Positions 58,936 through 64,000 of a stretch of DNA of 64,000 nucleotides are shown piece by piece. This DNA is from Epithemia pelagica. Lineage: Eukaryota; Protista; Bacillariophyta. The DNA is taken from positions 3,038,001-3,102,000 of the forward strand of contig OX337233.1 in assembly GCA_946965045.2 (NCBI GenBank). Direction: 5' to 3'. Both the position numbers and the translations under genes were made by a program. The notes under the pieces are model-generated. The model was not told the origin of the DNA. It saw nothing but the letters and a program-made list of their open reading frames with translations, and ran no database searches. The first letter of the stretch is position 1, and every line of letters starts with the position of its first letter.

Positions 58936-61521
58936 GTGAGAGAAGAAGTGTGCATTCTGCATCTCTTGCTACCACAGAGAACGACAACGAGAGACAATTG
59001 TGGCGAGGTTCTCGGGTCCATACGACTGAAAAAAGTGCATCCAATGAACAGCGACGAGTCTCCACCTGTATCTCGCAACAATGAGGTTCCTCCAAGCACA
59101 ACGCAATCGCCCTTGGCCGTGTCGCCACGCGATGGAAGCATCGCACGTTGTTGTTTGAGAGGTGTCACAGGTTCTACAACAACAACAACAACGACCACCA
59201 GAGTCTCGGTACATCCGAGTCCTTTTACTTCCATGGCAGACAGTTCCTGGACGATGCAACGTCGAGCACAGTCGGAGTATTCGTTGGATCCATCCACCAA
59301 TGTGGCCCTCTTTCAACAAGAAGTATTGGGAATGGACGAGTCGTCGTCGAATGTGGCAGATTCTCAAAACCACGAGAGCTACCAACTGCTAAGAGTATGG
59401 GAATGGATGGAACGAATTCAAGGCTTGTGTCGTGAATCCAAACCATTGGAAGGAGAAGATTCATCACACCACTCTTTGAACAACAACAACAACAACATTG
59501 ACACCACACAACAACCAGAACCAGTCTGGTCCGCCCGTGGACTGGTCGATGCCGGTACCTTTCGATTGCTCTTGGCGAGTAGCAGTGCTGGTAGTAGCAT
59601 GGGGCGTTCGTCCTCGTCACAAGCACCACCACCACCACCACCCGACGCCCAGTCGAGTCTTGAAACAAAATGGTGTCAAGCCTTTCACTGTACCTTGTAC
59701 GAAAGTCCAGGGAGGCGCTTGGCCTGGAAGGCATTGGGATGGACACCCTGGCAACAAGACCGAAACAAACAACAAGGAAATGATTCGCCAAACAACAACA
59801 ACAACAATAGCAATGTCGAGACCAAGAGTGTGACATGGCAGCAGGACGTGCAGGAATGGGAACGAGCTACGCTCCTGGCCTTGTGGTATGGACAATGGGA
59901 ATCTGCGTACACTCTGGTGCAACGAGGTGTGGATGCGCAACAAATCCAGCATACTTTGAATCATGACAACGAGCATTATTTGTTTCTCAATGATGTTTGC
60001 AACTTGGTCCAACGCTTTTGCACAACTCCCATTGGATTGGATCCAAACGATCAATCCACGTGTACTCGTCTCTTGAACCAATTGGAAACGACGACGCAAT
60101 CCTTGTCGAATAGCTATTCACGAGCCTACCTTTCGGCCTTGCTTCACTTTGTGCAACCCCTCCCCGACTTTAGCACCAAATGTGCTCAAGTCTTGTCCAA
60201 TTCCAAGCTGAGTTTGGTGGATCGTGCCGCGTTTGCCTGTCGATTCTTACCCTGGGAGGAGTTAAAAGCTTATCTGCAAGACTGCATGAAAGACTGTGAA
60301 GCACGAGGAAATTTGGAAGGTATCGTTTTGACCGGTTTGGATCGATATGGATTTGCCATTGTACAATCCATGGTCGATCAAACCTCCGACGTCCAAACAG
60401 CCAGTTTGATTTCCACTCGAGCGGGTGCCTTGCCCGTGTCATGGACGCACGAACGACGCCTACAACGAGAATGGGTCGATTCCTATCGACGGTTGTTGAA
60501 TTCCTGGCAATTGTGGCAGTGTCGGGCCAGTTTCGATGTCGATCGTGCCACCTTGCTCAAACGACAACCACGACAACAACCTGTAGCACCAGCCGTCAGC
60601 AACAACAACAAGGCCAGACCATTACACGCTATGACTACAAGCACCACCACCACCAGTCCCAACAAGACCCATGTGCTGGGTGGAGGTCCTTCTGTTACAT
60701 CCTCGCGAATCAAACTCCAACAACCACCACCATCACGAAACCATCCAGGAATCAGAACACAAAAGCAGCAGCAACTACAACCAGCAGTGTCTTCTCCATC
60801 CGCAGCGGGTCATCCGCTGCTCCAAGGAGGAGGTCGTATGACCCGTAGAACACCTCCTCCTGCTACCATCACAAGAAAGAGTACGACCAAACCGCCGTCG
60901 TCGTCCTCCATTGAGGATGCCAGTGGAGGTTCTACTTCTTCTTTACTCCTTCAATTGGATCCACGATGCAACTTTTGTTCCAAACCCTTGTTGTTGCGAC
61001 AGACCAAGGATGGATCCACCATTGAAAAATTATCCAAAATGAAACAAATCTTGTCGTGTTGTCCCAATTGTCGCAAACCTCTTCCCAAATGTGCCGTCTG
61101 TATGCTTCCCATGGGAATCGTGAATCCTTATATGGATCTCATTCGTCGCATGTCCTCCTCGTCGTCGTCGTCCTTGTTGTTAAATTCTCCTTCGAGTCAC
61201 GACACCAAGGACATGACGGCTACTGCGGATTCCACGACGACCATGCCCAATGCCGTTCCCATTGCCGAATGGTTTACGTGGTGTCGACGATGCAAACATG
61301 GTGGTCATGCCCATCACATGGCCAGTTGGTTTGCCACCCATTCCACCTGTCCCGTCAGTGGCTGTGACTGTCCCTGTCACCGTTTGGATCAATGTCCCAC
61401 GAGAATTAATAATGGAGATGTTGGGAATGCCACGACCATGGCGACAACTAGTGGCATGATGACCAGTCCACCGTCCATGTCCTGCATTCCAGTCCCTTCG
61501 ACTCGGACCGTCCAGGAGTAA
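58936..61521 (+). CDS. MIOS: GATOR2/SEACAT subunit MIOS (Sea4)-like, WD40 region not seen
   Basis: C-terminal CPNCRKPLPKCAVC...WFTWCRRCKHGGHAHHM..WF..H..CPVSGCDCPC; also M.RRA...YSLD and LS..DR.AFACRFL. True start uncertain. Confidence 0.82.
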   Translation: MREEVCILHLLLPQRTTTRDNCGEVLGSIRLKKVHPMNSDESPPVSRNNEVPPSTTQSPLAVSPRDGSIARCCLRGVTGSTTTTTTTTRVSVHPSPFTSMADSSWTMQRRAQSEYSLDPSTNVALFQQEVLGMDESSSNVADSQNHESYQLLRVWEWMERIQGLCRESKPLEGEDSSHHSLNNNNNNIDTTQQPEPVWSARGLVDAGTFRLLLASSSAGSSMGRSSSSQAPPPPPPDAQSSLETKWCQAFHCTLYESPGRRLAWKALGWTPWQQDRNKQQGNDSPNNNNNNSNVETKSVTWQQDVQEWERATLLALWYGQWESAYTLVQRGVDAQQIQHTLNHDNEHYLFLNDVCNLVQRFCTTPIGLDPNDQSTCTRLLNQLETTTQSLSNSYSRAYLSALLHFVQPLPDFSTKCAQVLSNSKLSLVDRAAFACRFLPWEELKAYLQDCMKDCEARGNLEGIVLTGLDRYGFAIVQSMVDQTSDVQTASLISTRAGALPVSWTHERRLQREWVDSYRRLLNSWQLWQCRASFDVDRATLLKRQPRQQPVAPAVSNNNKARPLHAMTTSTTTTSPNKTHVLGGGPSVTSSRIKLQQPPPSRNHPGIRTQKQQQLQPAVSSPSAAGHPLLQGGGRMTRRTPPPATITRKSTTKPPSSSSIEDASGGSTSSLLLQLDPRCNFCSKPLLLRQTKDGSTIEKLSKMKQILSCCPNCRKPLPKCAVCMLPMGIVNPYMDLIRRMSSSSSSSLLLNSPSSHDTKDMTATADSTTTMPNAVPIAEWFTWCRRCKHGGHAHHMASWFATHSTCPVSGCDCPCHRLDQCPTRINNGDVGNATTMATTSGMMTSPPSMSCIPVPSTRTVQE

Positions 61522-61720
61522 CTGGAGGGAGGGGCTTGAGCCATGGATCTTCGCATTGCTAACAAACCAAGACGCACACTCATGATAAGGCAACTCCATG
61601 TACTAGTAGCAGCGATTCTGTTAACTCCACGTATGTACGAAAAGCAGCAATGTCATTCTCGCCAATATGCTTCCTGTAGCCAAACCATTTTGCAGAACCG
61701 TCATTGGTTGGAATATCCTC

Positions 61721-63955
61721 CTATCTTGTTCTCCTATTGTCCGGTCCATGCCCTGCATGCATTTCTCGTAGCGTATTCTCCAATTTTTGCACATCCAATT
61801 GCATCTGTTTTTCCAGCGCCCTTTCCAAAACTGTAATAATCTGGCCAATGTTATATCGATTCTTGGGATCTTGTTCCCAGCATTTTTCAATGACATGAAC
61901 GAGTTGGCCTTCGGCATGCGATACGTTGGCCCATCGGGGATCCAAAAAGCATCTCTCACCTTGTTTGATTCTCGTTTTGACCTTTTTTGTGGTGCACGAG
62001 TTGGGAAAGACGAACTCCCCCGTCAAGATGGAAAACTAGAGCGAGAGATAACGCGCGCAAGACAGTTTTGTTCTGGGTGAGAATGGTGAACCAACGCATT
62101 CAACGTACAAAAGGATTCGGTGCTTACAAAGTTGTTGCCCATGCTGTAGATATCAATCATTTCGTCCAGAGGTGCATCCATATACTCCTCGGGTGAACGC
62201 CACTTTGGTACCAAACAAGTTGACAAAAGAACAAGGACAACAAAACGAGTACAAAACACATAGTGAGCTCCTCCAATAGTAAAGCTTCCATCCACCAATG
62301 CCTCGCATACACGTACATCCCCGTGTCCTACTCCATTCTTATATTTGCAGTATTCCTTGTGTTTGTGATCGTACATCATGCCTTCGGCTCGATTAAAGTC
62401 ATTGAGTTTGACTCGGACATGGTCCTTGTTGCTTTTTGTTGTTGTAGTTGTCATTAAAAACTGATCCAGTTTGATATCATCGTGGACAATGACACCAAAT
62501 CGGTTGTTGTGTAACAAGGCCAAGGCTTTGGACATGTCCAAGGCATGCTCCAACTTTTCAATGGCGGTAAAGGGACTTCGACTGTACACGGTTTTGGATT
62601 CCGTGTGTGGTTTTTCAATGGGAATTGTTACGTGAGGTTTTTCTTCACACCGATCCTTGAGACCCAAGGCATCCTCCATGGTCCCACCATCCATGTATTC
62701 ACTGAGCAATCCCACGCTGCAATAGCCATAGACATCCACGAGAAGAGGATGTGGTCCAATCGCGGCATAGACGACTCCGTCCTGTATTGATGCAGTGTGG
62801 CAACCGAATGATGAGTACGCCTCGATTCAGGAACATACACACTCAGAATATTAAAAAGGGATTGAAACTTACTTGACGGTAGTCGTGCATTTCCTTGAAA
62901 GTAAAGTCATCATTGTCCATGGTCGCAAATTTGACCACAAAGGCGTCGGACTGTCGTTTTCGCGTGTCCACCACCAGAGTTTCACGAAAGGAACCTTCAC
63001 TGTCAATTCATATACCAAGCACCAAGAAGAGGGGACGAGTGTGAACAAGAACAAAATCTTGGGCACGTATGGTAGCGTGTCCTTTGCCGAGACAGCACAA
63101 GTCTCCTTGAACTAGAAATATAGACACTTACTCCAAGAAACGCGACAGGCCCGCTAACAGGTAATCATTCAAATCCAATTCATGAAACTTGTTGCAGACG
63201 GGAAACTCTAATTTCTTTTCGACATGAGAGTTTTGACAGGAATAATCCGGTTTGATGCGTCGGTACCCATCATCATCGGTATGATAAGGTGTTCGTTCGT
63301 AATCGTCATCCTGGGCATAGTAAAAATAATGATGTTGTTCATGTTTCTTGTCACGATACTTGGGACCTGGTCCGGCCGTATAATCCCAAATATGACGAGT
63401 GGGGACCAACATATCATGATCGGGTATCGGCACATTATTTCGTATTGCTCCACCACCCTTCTTGTTGGTTGCGGTTTTGGCATCTCGAATGGGATCCCAA
63501 AATTTCATTTCCAAACCGGCAAAGTCAGCACGTCTACCAGGTCGAGACGGAGGAACAACCCGATGCGAGTCGGTCATGTGTACCACGAGTGATATCTTTG
63601 GTGGATTGTAGCGCTGAGAGATGCGAAGGGACGACGCCATGGCACGGACCCATCCAGCATCGGTACCACCAAAGTCTGGAACCCATGGCAGCTTTCTTGA
63701 CAAGGCCAGTGCCAAACACGAGAAGACACCGACGAGTATGACAGCGACCAACACCGTTGTTCGATCCTTGGTATGGATCCACCGTTTGGCAGACCGTTGC
63801 AGTCGAAAAATCCATGACAAGTATCCTTCATTCTGGTTGCCTATTCGAAGCAAGGGACTTTTGGATTTTCCTTTGGGAGAATCCTCCTCCTCTTTTTCGA
63901 TGGCACGGTGCGAGGAGGACGAAGTAGCACGACGACGTTGGTTCAACAAAACCAT
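61721..63955 (-). CDS. Multi-exon type II membrane-anchored protein kinase-like protein
   Basis: N-terminal TM (VLVAVILVGVFSCLALAL). Spliced exons give DEGSFR, FVVKF, VHDDIKLDQFL, KLNDFNRAE, WRSPEEY, IDIYSMGNN and CWEQDPKNR. Confidence 0.82.
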
Positions 63956-64000
63956 TCTCTCTCTCAACACATGGTCAAATAAGAGGGAGGATAATTTTGT

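Overview
Eukaryotic nuclear DNA, most likely a pennate diatom. Evidence: short GT-AG introns, bipartite plastid-targeting presequences, nuclear-encoded mitochondrial ATP synthase alpha, and RXL-motif membrane proteins. The first ~13.3 kb is transposon-rich: several TIR elements, a full-length TTAA-flanked piggyBac (3028-7899) with a broken transposase but an intact P2X7-ballast-like passenger ORF, a tandem duplication interrupted by a Harbinger-type MITE, and a Crinkler-like REase+kinase gene. The rest is gene-dense, with many local duplications. Genes and pseudogenes: a FAD/BBE oxidase pseudogene pair, COPI-associated/EF-hand protein, plastid pyrophosphatase, DUF1995 protein, bZIP factor, and an inverted pair of Gly-rich/EGF/MACPF genes carrying reciprocal 7-nt frameshifts around a GT10 fucosyltransferase and an RXL membrane protein. 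Further on are atp1, a BT1 folate/biopterin transporter, two PCO/ADO thiol dioxygenases, three low-complexity type-I membrane proteins with a shared GSVxxR tail motif, an LRR protein, a RING-H2 E3, an apparently intact hAT transposon (55663-58670, perfect 8-bp TSD), an N-terminally short MIOS and a type-II membrane kinase. No rRNA, tRNA or CRISPR array was recognised. All family assignments come from motif recognition by eye; no database search was run.
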